The notes below the pieces were generated by a model. That model was not told where the DNA came from. It did not search any database and was given only the letters and a program-made list of their open reading frames with translations. This document shows positions 51,576 through 62,646 of a stretch of DNA of 64,000 nucleotides, in pieces. The stretch covers positions 343,356,001 through 343,420,000 of the forward strand of contig OZ024742.1 of NCBI GenBank assembly GCA_964016885.1, read 5' to 3'. Position 1 is the stretch's first letter; each line of letters starts with the position of its first letter. The stretch comes from Eledone cirrhosa. Lineage: Eukaryota. Position numbers and translations under genes: made by a program.

Positions 51576-52653
51576 CATAATACATGATGGCTGCAAACTT
51601 GTGTTCGAGTATTGCCATCGCCCGATAAAATGTTCAAAAATGTGACTTTAAACCAGCCAAATAGTTGCACCCTCTGGCACACACATGGCAACTTTAGGCT
51701 CCCCCGAAACCTTCCATTGCTTTGTTCTGGCTGTATGTTCACATGTATCTTTTAAGACCTCCCATGCTTGTACATTTCTTACACCTTTTCAGATCATAAT
51801 CTACATGAGGTCTACTGATATGACTTTGTTCATGTCTAATCAAACCAGCTTTGCTCAGGCTGACTCGACCACAGTGCTGGCAAACCAGATGATGTTCAAC
51901 AGCAGGCAGTTCAGAACAGTCTCAATCCTCACCTTCCTTTTCAGTGTTAGGTGTTCTCTCCGATGAGTTTCAAATGTTTCCACTTCACACGCTCGTCAGC
52001 CATTTTCTCCCATTCGTCAGATGAAATTCCAGCACAAGCCAAGGTGCCCCTGATACAGTCCCGGTACCGCCTTTTTGGTTTATGTTGTGGTCGCATTCCT
52101 TCACACAGTTCTCCATAGAGAAGTTGCTTTGGAATGTGATCATCAGACATCCGGACCACGTGACTGCACCACCTCAACCGATACCAAAAGATTATGCTCA
52201 TTAGTCACGCACCTGCTCCGTTCTAGAACTTCCAAATCACTGACAAACATTTTCTATTGCACCCCAAGTAACTTATGAAGAGATTGTTGGTGAAATCTCT
52301 CCAGATCCTTGAGGTGCTTTCTGTATGTGACCCACGTTTCACAAACATAAAGTAAAGAGGAGACGACACAAGTCAGATACACTTTCACCTTGGTTTCGAT
52401 AGTGATACCTCGTCTGGACCATAAACGTTGATGCAGCCGTCCAAAAGCATCACTGGCTTTCTTGATTCTTAAGGATATTTCATTATCATGTGTACATGAA
52501 TTGTTCAACATACTACCAAGGTAAACAAACTTGTCAGCGACTTTTAGCCTCTTTCTGTACACGTACACACTTGGTGCAGTGTACTCGTTTCCAGGTACTG
52601 GCTGATACATCACAACAGTCTTTTCCAAGCTTATTGTGACGCCCAAAGTGCAA

Positions 52654-52770
52654 CACCAATGGAAGAAGTGTGTGGAACGCAAGGGAGACTATGTTGAAAA
52701 ATAAACCTCATTTGGTCACATTCCACGAGAGTATCTTTGTCAACCTATGACATTTTCAGTTAACCCTCGT
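52654..52770 (+). mobile_element. mariner 3' end fragment
   Basis: QWKKCVERKGDYVEK* (stop 52702-52704), a typical mariner transposase C-terminus, then a TIR-like end ...CCCTCGT. Confidence 0.75.
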
Positions 52771-52783
52771 GTATATATATATA

Positions 52784-54093
52784 CAGTCGAGTCCGCTTAA
52801 GAGTATACCCTCGGGAATGGAAATTAGTATACTCTTATCCGGACTAAGTAAAAATATTCCATAGTATTATTATATTGGCAGTGTCGGTAGAGGGTCGGAC
52901 GCCATGCTTTGACGCATAGAGTTACGGCCCTTGCTATTCTGAGTTCAAATCCCGCCGAGGTTAACTCTGCCTTTCATCCTTACGGGGTCGATAAAATAAA
53001 GTACCAGTAATGCACTGTGAATTGTTGTCCTTGTGCCAAAAGTAGAAACAATTATTATTTTGAGTCTTTCAATGATTAATAATCGCTTTATTATCGTTTA
53101 AAATGCATTTATAAATAAAAAAAATGAAAGTTACACCAAAAAATTCAACAAGAATTATTGCAAATTATAGATAAATTAAGCAATATTTCAACATATTGAT
53201 ATGCAATTTTTATTTCCTAAAAATAGTCCAAAATGCTTTTTTGCACTCGATTGCTCGCAATCTTTTTTCAATCAATTCCTTCGATCTCAGACGGAGTATA
53301 ATTTTCAAAATGTTCAAACGATTGTATCATATAGGACCGTACAGTGAACAAAGCATTTATTCCTTCTTTTCGAGAGATCTAAAATATTGATAAATGATTA
53401 AAGTTATGTTAGGTACCTATACACATTCATATTATAAATATAAAGATAATTGTTTCTACTATTGGCACAAGGCCAGCAATTAACATTACTGGTACTTTAT
53501 TTTATCGACCCCCGTAAGGATGAAAGGCAAAGTTAACCTCGGCGGGATAATATAAAAATAATTGTTTCTACTTTAGGCACAAGGCCTGCAATTATCCCAG
53601 TGCATTACTGGTACTTTATTTTATCGACCCCGTAAGGATGAAAGGCAAAGTCAACCTCGGCGGGATTTGAACTCAGATCGTAAAGGGACGTAACTATGCT
53701 GGAAAGCATGGCGTCCGACCCTCTACCGATACTGCCAATCCATAAAAATAATACCTTTGAGTAAGGGATAAAGCAGAGCGTTTCAAAGACATTTTTATGA
53801 CACAATGAATTATTATTTTTGTATTTGCATATATTAAACTTTAAATTGCTTTTAGAATGGTTGTATAAATTACATCATTGCATTTCATTTTGAATTGTTT
53901 TAAAATGGTTATGTTACATTATAAGCCCAATTTACTTTACCGTATTCATTATACTCTTATTCGGACTAAATTATATAGAAAATATATAAACGGGAATTGA
54001 TTATGCTATACTCTTAAGCGGACCCATGCAGTGTACAAGACAGTACATACATTCGGGAATTGATTATGTTATACTTTTAAGCAGACTCGACAC
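52784..54093. mobile_element. pogo/Tigger-like MITE with nested SINEs
   Basis: TA-CAGTCGAGTCCGCTTAAGAGTATA ... TATACTTTTAAGCAGACTCGAC; subterminal repeats CGGGAAT...TATACTCTTA. Confidence 0.65.
52876..53058 (+). mobile_element. SINE family B (other copies 53560-53740 minus, 53445-53548 minus partial, 56942-57125 plus)
   Basis: TGGCAG..TCGGTAGAG A-box-like and GAGTTCAAATCC B-box; central GCCGAGGTTAACT.TGCCTTTCATCCTT.GGGGTCGATAAAATAAAGTACCAG. Confidence 0.8.
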
Positions 54094-54446
54094 GACAAAG
54101 ACAAAAGAGAAACAGTTCTTAACTTCTAAAATATTCCTAAATAATCTACATAAGTGTATTCAGTAAACAAAATGAATCCGGTGTTAACCGACACCGGGCT
54201 GCGACAAAAGTGTTCCATGTACATATTTTTTAATGCACATAAAATGCATATTACTAGTTTAAAATTTATCAAAATTAACCATTTTCAATTAAAAACATAC
54301 TATTATTATTTTTAATTAATATTGAAAACGATTACAAATTTCAGTAAATATGTATGTTCTGTGAGTTATTTAGAATAGTGAAGCTAAAAGACAGAGAGGA
54401 AGCGGAAATAGGAAATCACGTAAGAGCACTACAGCCTCAATTAAGG

Positions 54447-54564
54447 ATGGCGGATGATTTTAAAGCTGCTCAGCCTTTGGAATATTACAAGAAGTTTTTA
54501 CAGAATGATATCCGTCCTGACGGTAGAGAACTTGGCGAGTCTCGTTCTGTTATTGTTAATATCG
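54447..54564 (+). CDS. EXOSC8: Exosome complex component RRP43, coding exon 1
   Basis: [39 protein letters not shown]+G matches the EXOSC8 N-terminus (PLEYY..FL...[10 protein letters not shown]...VNIG); donor G|GTAAAT. Confidence 0.93.
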
Positions 54565-54636
54565 GTAAATATTACTTTAAAAATATGTTTTGTTCATCTT
54601 TTTTTCCTCGTGTATTACGATAATGCTTAATGGTTA

Positions 54637-55354
54637 TTGCATGAATGGTCCCGTAACTCCCGGGAAGTCGTAAGGATGCCGTATTGACATGGGGCATTTT
54701 TAAAACTTGGAACCCATCCCCTCTCCAGGTCTGAATAGAGTAGATTTCTTTCAGAGAAGGATAGTGATAGAAAAAGTAAGAAAGAGATATAGAGGAAGAA
54801 TCGATCCTAGTACTAGTACTCCTTTTATCGACCTCGAATGGATGAAAAGCAAAGTTGACTTTTAATTGTTATTAGTACCCAGTAATAGATCAGTAATCTA
54901 TACTATCGCTATCCCAACAATACCAGCTCGGTCAGTATAGGAGAACTCTCCCTTGCGTGCAGAAACCCGGGCGGACAGAATTGAGAAAACGTTACCCCGG
55001 AGAACAGAGAGGGAGACGCGTTGAAATAACCATTCCAACTTCTATGTCAGTATATAGAATAGAAGTTATAGGGGCCTTTTCTTTTTCTCTTTTTAATATT
55101 GTTTCACTTCGAGTAACACTGGGTAAACAAACGTTCATACATTTGTATAAAATCGATCTGAGTTTGAGCCTCTAGTACAGTGACACTGTGGTGCCGTCTC
55201 TCAAACCTTATTTCATTATCAATTACACTATTACTTGTAAATATTTGTTTAAACGTCTGAGGACCTGGAGAGGATTGGGTTCCACCAGGTTTTGAAATGC
55301 CATATGTCAATATGACGCCCCAACAACTGCCTCAGAGTTTATGGGACCATGCAA
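54637..55354. mobile_element. MITE-like element with ~95-bp imperfect inverted arms in the EXOSC8 intron
   Basis: ATGGTCCC...TATTGACAT..GGCATTT...CCTCTCCAGGTC (54637-54731) versus its reverse complement at 55261-55354. Confidence 0.65.
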
Positions 55355-55369
55355 CATTGTTATCTCACT

Positions 55370-56925
55370 TCATTGATGCTTCATTGTTTATGCACACTAG
55401 TATTGCATATCTATTAGAGCATCCTTGCCTCGATTCTTTCCAATCTTCGTAGGTTCTCTGCACACAATCCCAGTCTCACTTCTATGCAGCAATGCCAATC
55501 ATACTATCTGCCTTTCATTTTTATAGTTAACAGCAGTAAAAGCTCCCTGAACTTTTTCCACCCCATTCTCACTCTAGCTACTGTTCTTACAGAACACCCA
55601 CCTCCATTATTAATTTGGTCACCCAACTGTCAACTACTTTTAGGGAGCCCTCTGAGCATTTGCCAGAGCTTGTTTCTTGTAGGTTCTTGCTGCTTAATGC
55701 TCCTATCTGTCCACACTGGTCGTGTAGGTGTCACAACAAAAAGCACACTGTAAAGTGGTCATGAAAGCGTCGGGTCAAAAAGCACCCAGTCCACACTGTA
55801 AAGTGGTCGATTAGGTGTCAACAAAAAGCACCCAGTCCACACTGTAAAGTGGTCATGAAGGAGTCACGTCAAAAAGCACCCAGTCCACACTGTAGAGTGG
55901 TCGTGTAGGTGTCACGACAAAAAGCACCCAGTCCACACTGTAAAGTGGTCATGAAAGAGTCACATCAAAAAGTACCCAAACCACACTGTAAAGTGGTCGT
56001 GTAGGTGACATGATAAAAAGCACCCAGTCCATACTCTAAAGTGTTCATGTAGATGTCACGACAAAAAGCACCCAGGCCATACTGTAAAGTGATCGTGTAG
56101 ATGACATGACAAAAAGCACGAAGTGCACACTGTAAAGTGGTCGGGTAGGTGTCAAGACAAAAAGCGCCTAGTATTCATTGTAAATGAGGTTGGTGTTAGA
56201 AAGGGCATCCAGCTGTCGAAACCAAGTCCAAAACAGTTCTGTATGAGCAAGACATAGTCACCTGATCTAGCATTGCCCACAACTCATCTAACCCATGCTA
56301 TTTGGCTAAAAGGACTAGATCATTGGCATATAGGAGTTCCCATTGTCAGCCAGTTTTTGAGCTCCTCTCTTATAACCTGGAGGATGATAATAAACAGGAG
56401 AGGGCTGAGAAGAGTGCACTGGTGGATCCCCACTAGCATGCTAAATTCCTTGCCATACTCTTTGTTAAGACAAACTTTGCTGACTTGCCTTCTGTACATG
56501 CCTTATACTACCCTCACATGCCACTCATTTACCTTTAGATTTCTAAGAGCTCACCAGATTACAGAGCAGGGGACTCTGTCAAAAGCTTTCTGCAGATGAA
56601 CAAATGCCAAGTAGGACTTACTTTTAGCTAGGTATTTCTAAATGATATCAGTGGTACTTTTACCTGGCACAAATTCAAACTGCATCTCTTCTAAATTAAC
56701 TCAATCCATAATGAGTTGTGCAATGACTTTTTCTGCAACTCTTATGACCTGGTCCATCAACTTGATGCCTCTATAGTTTCTTCTGTCTAGTGCATCCATC
56801 TTGACCTTGTAGAAGTTGATGATAATACTGCTATGCCACTCCTCGGGTATGACACCATTCCATATTACTTGGTTAATGATATGGGGGGGTTAGAATGTGA
56901 CCCACTATCCCAGATACTTTCAACA
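55370..56925 (-). mobile_element. Old degraded RTE fragment, interrupted at ~55705-56300 by a plus-strand RTE-tail element with a 48-bp tandem array
   Basis: The antisense peptides (ORFs 55484 and 56273) match the antisense frames of other RTE copies; array unit AAAAGCACCCAGTCCACACTGTAAAGTGGTCGTGTAGGTGTCACGAC. Confidence 0.7.
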
Positions 56926-58885
56926 TTGCATTATTTGTTCTTGGCAGTATCGGTAGAGGGTCGGACGCCATGCTTTGATGCATAGAGTTACGGCCCTTGC
57001 CATTCTGAGTTCAAATCCCGCCGAGGTTAACTTTGCCTTTCATCCTTATGGGGTTGATAAAATAAAGTACCAGTAATACACTGGGATAATTTCTGACCTT
57101 GTGCCAAAAGTAGAAACAATTATTTGTTGCAGCACTTTGTATTTTATCCTTTTGAAGCTGACAACATACCAGTCCAGTACTGAGTTTGCTTCTCCATATC
57201 TCTCCCTCACCCCACCTCCTCATCTCTCTCTCTCTCTTTCACACAGACACACTTTCTCTCTGGGAAGAGATTGTTCAGACATAGCGGGGGATGGGCTTTG
57301 CCAGTTTTAAAATGTCCAAGACCTGCCATTTGTTACGGCAGCTTCCTTGTGACTGCACGCTGCATAGGTCACTTGAGACTTACAATGATATACTCCCTCT
57401 ACATTTGGGACAGGGCTACTGTTGCTCTCACTGATATCTTGGTCCCCATATGTGTTGTCTTTGTCTCTTCTATCACTATCGTATTGGACTCTCCTCTTAG
57501 GGGCTTGCTGGTCTCGTGCAACTTTCATTCAGGCACCCCTGTATCATATTCCTTTCCTCCTCTCATTACTCATGGTGTGTCCAACTTCACAGGACCTGCA
57601 CTAACCACTTTTTCAGTCCTTCCTGCTCATGATGTCGACCCTGTGGTACACTTTCTTCTCAATTCTTTCCAAATGGAACGGACATGAACAAATGTAAGCT
57701 GAACATTAATGGTATTGATGTTGCTGGTCATGCAGGGCCTTTATAAACAATGGGCACTGCTCCTTTCCTCAAACTTTTCACAAGAAAAAGAAAGAAAATC
57801 TTATATTCAGGGGCTCAGTTTGTTTACCTTTAAATAAGTGTTCTGGAGGGAATTAGAATGTATTGTAAACAGCAGATAATGTGTTAATGTTTAACTGAAA
57901 CCTTGCCAAGTATTTGAACCAAGTTTCTGATTTGAGGATACTTCTTTGCCAATCTACTCCTGTCTTAGAGGCTCTGGATTAGGTCATAGGCTCTGTGATT
58001 CTCTCTCTCACTAAGCAGTAAAAAGAAAAACCAGAAAAAACTAATTTATCTCTAGTATATTACTGGTATTTTTGTGACCTCAGTGCAAAGAAGACCAATG
58101 TCTACGCAGGATTTTTGATGTTCTGGCTATATCTGAAGATACTTTGTCCTCAACTCTCTCCTGTCATAGGGGCTCTGGATTGGGTCATGGGCTCTGAGAT
58201 TCTCTCTCTGACTAAAGAGTAAAAAGAAAAACAAGAAAAACAACAAGTATATGTATGAGAAAGTAATTTGTTAATATTAATCATCCCTAGTGTATTACTG
58301 GTATTTTTGTGGCCTCAGTGAGAAGAAGGCCAATGTTTAAGTAGTATTTCTGATGTTCTGGCTATATCTGAGCATAACCAGCATGTTTGTCTGGGAATGT
58401 GAGCCAAGATAGACTGGCATCTTATCCCATGGATATTTATATTTTGTGTCTATATGATATTAGTCATATGCACTGGCCTTTTATATGATCCACCAAGGAA
58501 CTCGTTAATGCTGTGACCATGCCATCCTAATTCTGTTTTTTAAAAAGAAACCTGTTTGGTGCATAGAGGCTCATCAGGCTGGAGCTTATTTCGATTCCAT
58601 GTGGGATTAAGTGATTGAACATACTAGACTCCTACCCTACTCTGATCTGTTGCAAGGTTAACTATCAGTTGGTAGTACAGCTGATAGCAACATAAAATGA
58701 AGTGTCTTTCTCAATGACACAATGTACCACCAGGACTGGGGATCAAACCTATTGATTGGAGCTCAACCTCACCACTGTAATCAGTTTGAAATGTTTTGTA
58801 TTTTTACTTTTTTGTATTGCTTTTGTTTACATCTTTCTTTATAATGCTCAAGTTAAAAGAATGTTTTAATTGTTTGCTGTTGCAG

Positions 58886-59604
58886 GTTACATCTCTTCAG
58901 CTGATGGTTCTGCACTAGTGAAGACTGGAGATACTGCAGTTATATGTGGCATTAAAGTTGAACTGGCTGTACCAAAATGTGAAGAACCAGACCAAGGTTT
59001 CATTGTCCCCAATTTGGAACTGTCTACATTGTGTTCACCCAATTTCCGTTCTGGACCACCAGGAGACCAGGCCCAACGCACTAGCCAGATGCTTTTTGAT
59101 ATAATTAAGAGTTCAAAGTGTTTAGATCTGAAAGAACTGTGTATCACCCCTGGGAAGCTAGTCTGGGTGTTATACTGTGATATGATCTGCCTTGACTACG
59201 ATGGCAATGTTTTAGATGTAGCTTTGCTGTCATTAATGGCAGCTCTTTACAATTGTCAATTACCTAAAGTGACAGTCGATGAAGACTCTCTTGAAATAAG
59301 TGTTGATTTTGACAGTAGACAACCTCTGAAGCTTCTCTCTCATCCCGTATCGACAACGTTTTCTTTAATAGATGGCAACATTCTTCTGATGGACCCGTGT
59401 GCTGGAGAGGAGTCTCTCTCTGATGGCACCATTACAATCTGTACCTGTGATCAGAAACTCTGTGGTGTATTTAAACCAGGTGGAGCAAAAATGTCTGATG
59501 AGAAGTTATTTCAGTGCATTGGTCGTGCACTAGAACAAGGTGCCAAGGTGCAGAGTTTGTTACAGAGGGCCTTAAAAAGTAAAACAGCCAATAAAACAGA
59601 ATGA
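58886..59604 (+). CDS. EXOSC8: Exosome complex component RRP43, coding exon 2 (278 aa total)
   Basis: Acceptor TTGCAG|GT, phase 1; GYISSADGSALVKTGDTAVICGIKVE...FRSGPPG..AQ...LCITPGKLVWVLYCDMICLDYDGNVLD, RNase PH fold; 118+719 = 837 nt. Confidence 0.95.
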
Positions 59605-60489
59605 TCACTTTTGTCCCTTGTATTGATTTACTTTGTTTCTATTATAACTCTGGGGTTAGGCTTGCTATGTGATTGAGAAGTTCACTTCAAAACCACGTAT
59701 TTCAGTTGATGTGTGTGGCATTTTGTGTACCCTTGGCTCCCCAATAATTAGAGGGGTGGGGGTGATGGTAGAAAATTGGTAATCTTTTTAGGTTATCTAC
59801 ATTGATTTTTTTAAAAAACCAGAATTAGTCATTTAGTTTACATATTGAGACTCCAAACCATCTTATTTATTTTATAACGTATGAGATTTCTAGTAATGTA
59901 CTTTTTTTGTCAAGAATAATGTTTTTTAATGTCTAAAGAAAATTGTCACAGGAATGCTAGCACTTAGCAAAATTTAATAAGCGGAGGGGTTGAAATAAGA
60001 CTGGGGGCATTGGAAAAATGTGAAACATTAATAAGCGGGGTAGGGGATTATTATAACATAGCCTTAGGTTGATCAATGTGTTATGAGTGAAATTTATCAA
60101 AGAAAAACTGTACTGAAATTTGGCATTGAAACCGGCTGTGTCCGGCCAGAACTCTCTCACCTCTTTCTGTTCAAACCAGCTGTAACTGGCCTCTCATAGC
60201 TACATTAAGGTATTCTCAAAAGAAATAACACTAAAATCTCACAGATTCAATATTATGTGAGATAATTATATAAGATAAAGCCTTTACTGTGAAAATACAG
60301 TAGTAAATATGGAGAAATGTAAATGCTAAAGGGTTAACATCATCATCATTGTTTTTATACTCTTTTACCTGTTTCAGCCATCCGGCTGAGGCCATGCTGG
60401 GGCATTATGTCAACTTTTTCATACAAGCATCAGGTGGGCAAGACTTTCTAAGGCCATTTTTTACAACCAGATGCCATTCCTGACATTAA

Positions 60490-61529
60490 CCCTTTAGCAT
60501 TTACATTACTTTGTTGTGAGTTCAATTCTCAGACCGGGTGATGTGTTGTTTCCTTGAGCAAGACACTTTATTTCACATTGCTCCAGTTTACTCAGCTGTA
60601 GAAATGAGATGATCAGGACTGGGGTCCCTAGCATTCCACTGCAAAGTGGTCGTGGAGGTGCCATGGCAAAAAAGCACCCAGCACTCACTGTAAATGAGGT
60701 TGATGTTAGGAAGGGCATCCAGCTGTAGAAATCAAGCCAGAATCAGTTCCCGTCCCACCCTTGCAAGCAGGGAAAAAGCGGACATAAAATGAAATGATGA
60801 TGATTACTCTATATTTACTATTGTATTTTCACAGTAAAGTCTTTATCTCACATAATTATGGAGGCATATGGCTTAGTGGTTAGAGCATTGGCCTTGCAAT
60901 CAAAAGGTTGTGAGTTCAATTCTCAGAACGGGTGATGTGTTGTTTCCTTGAGCAAGACACTTTATTTCACATTGCTGCAGTTTACTCAGCTGTAGAAATG
61001 AGATGATAGGGACTGGGGTCCATATCATTCCACTGCAAAGTGGTCGTGGAGGTGCCACGGCAAAAAAGCACCCAGCACTCACTGTAAATGAGGTTGGTGT
61101 TAGGAAGGGCATCCAGCTGTAGAAATCAAGCCAGAATCAGTTCCCGTCCCACCCTTGCAACCAGAGAAAAGCGGACGTAAAATGAAATGATGATGATGAT
61201 GAATGAATTATCTCATATAATATCTCACATAACATTTACATTAATCTATATTTACTATTGTATTTTCACAGTAAAGTCTTTATCTCACATAATTATCTCA
61301 TATAATATCTCACATAACATTTGCATTGCTCTATATTTACTATTGTATTTTCATAGTAAAGTCTTTATCTCACAAAATTATCTCATACAATATCAAATCT
61401 ATGAGATTTTGATATTATTTATTTTGAGAACAATACCTTAACATCAGTATGAGTGGCAGTTACAGCTGGTTTGAACAGAAAGAAGTGAGAGAATTCTGGC
61501 TGGGTATGGCCGGTTTAAATGCTAAAGGG
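60490..61529. mobile_element. piggyBac-like MITE (TTAA TSD) carrying two family A SINEs; inverted partial sister copy at ~60120-60333
   Basis: TTAA-CCCTTTAGCATTTA ... TAAATGCTAAAGGG-TTAA; SINEs at ~60510-60803 and ~60859-61205. Confidence 0.75.
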
Positions 61530-61972
61530 TTAAGTAAGTTTTTACGACACATGGATATCGTGCACCTATTCTAAACTGATACACACAATATGTAGTTTAC
61601 AAGTTTCAACACTTAAACTTCATCAGAACTATGTTTTTTTCCAGGTTTCAGTGATGTTGGGACACCGCCTTGATTTAGCCAAACATATTGATCACTGTAC
61701 TTCTTTTTTCAAGTATCGTACTTATATTATTGTTTGTTTGTTTTTTTATTGAAGTACTTAGTTACAGGATGTAATCACAGTCAGTCACAGATATAAATAT
61801 GAACATACACACAAACACATAATCATCATCACCACCATTTAATGTCCATATTTCCATGCTAGCATGTGGTTTAGAGGAGTTGTGACATGAGATAATCCAG
61901 ATCAGATGACTCTTGCTCATATAGAACTGATTTTGGCTTCATGTCTACAGCTGGATGCCCTTTCTAATGCCA

Positions 61973-62215
61973 ACCACTTTACAGTGTGTACTGGGTGCTT
62001 ATTGTCATGACACCTACGTGACCACTTTACAGTGTGTACTGGGTGCTTATTGTCATGACACCTACGTGACCACTTTACAGTGTGTACTGGGTGCTTATTG
62101 TCATGACACCTACATGACCACTTTACAGTGTGGGCTGGGTGCTTTCTGTCGTGACACCTACATGACCACTTTACAGTGTGTCAGTTTTTTGTCATGACAC
62201 CTACACAACCATTTT
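61973..62215 (-). repeat. 48-bp tandem array derived from RTE 3' UTR
   Basis: Unit ACCACTTTACAGTGTGTACTGGGTGCTTATTGTCATGACACCTACGTG at 61973, 62021 and onward, adjacent to the RTE tail motif. Confidence 0.8.
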
Positions 62216-62646
62216 ACAATTATGGCTGGGTACTTTTTGTCATAACAGTGTGGGCTGAGTTCTTTCTGTTGTGGCACCAAAATGATCAATGTGTGGTCTG
62301 GTGTGTGTGTGGGGGGGGAGGGGGTGCATGGGAATAGGAGAGATAGATCTAAGCATGGGGGACTTAGTAGGTGGGGGGTATGGACGTGAGTGAAGGGTTG
62401 AGTGTTTTTAGGATGTGGCTGATGAAGGTAGGGCAAAGTAGAACATACTGAATGCAGGCTCCAGCCAGTGTATTCTGGCAAGTATTCTGTATAAGTGCAT
62501 AACGCCAGAGATCTCAATCCTGTCATCATTTTAGAGAGGTGCAACTATCGCAGGTCAGCCTTTATCACCTCATCACAAGTCTTCCTACTCAATATATATA
62601 TATGTATATATATGTGTGTGTGCGTATATATATATATATATATATA

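Larger units (their letters stand above)
38870..52651 (+). repeat. Segmental duplication copy 2 (paralog of ~1-20546)
   Basis: Same order of hexamer tract, satellite, SINEs, CR1, RTE, Helitron-like element, hammerhead, CR1 and BovB-like RTE; e.g. 2581 matches 41600 and ORF 19559 matches ORF 51685. Confidence 0.93.

Noticed and set aside
54354-54446. Upstream in-frame ATG extending EXOSC8
   Set aside because: Homology starts at MADDFK (54447); the extension crosses likely promoter/5' UTR sequence.
55705-56170. CRISPR-like regular repeats (also 61973-62215 and 37884-38283)
   Set aside because: Tandem units without unique spacers, no cas genes, eukaryotic context.
57271-57687. 138-aa intronic ORF
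   Set aside because: No recognisable motif and a non-ATG start; probably a decayed repeat or chance ORF.
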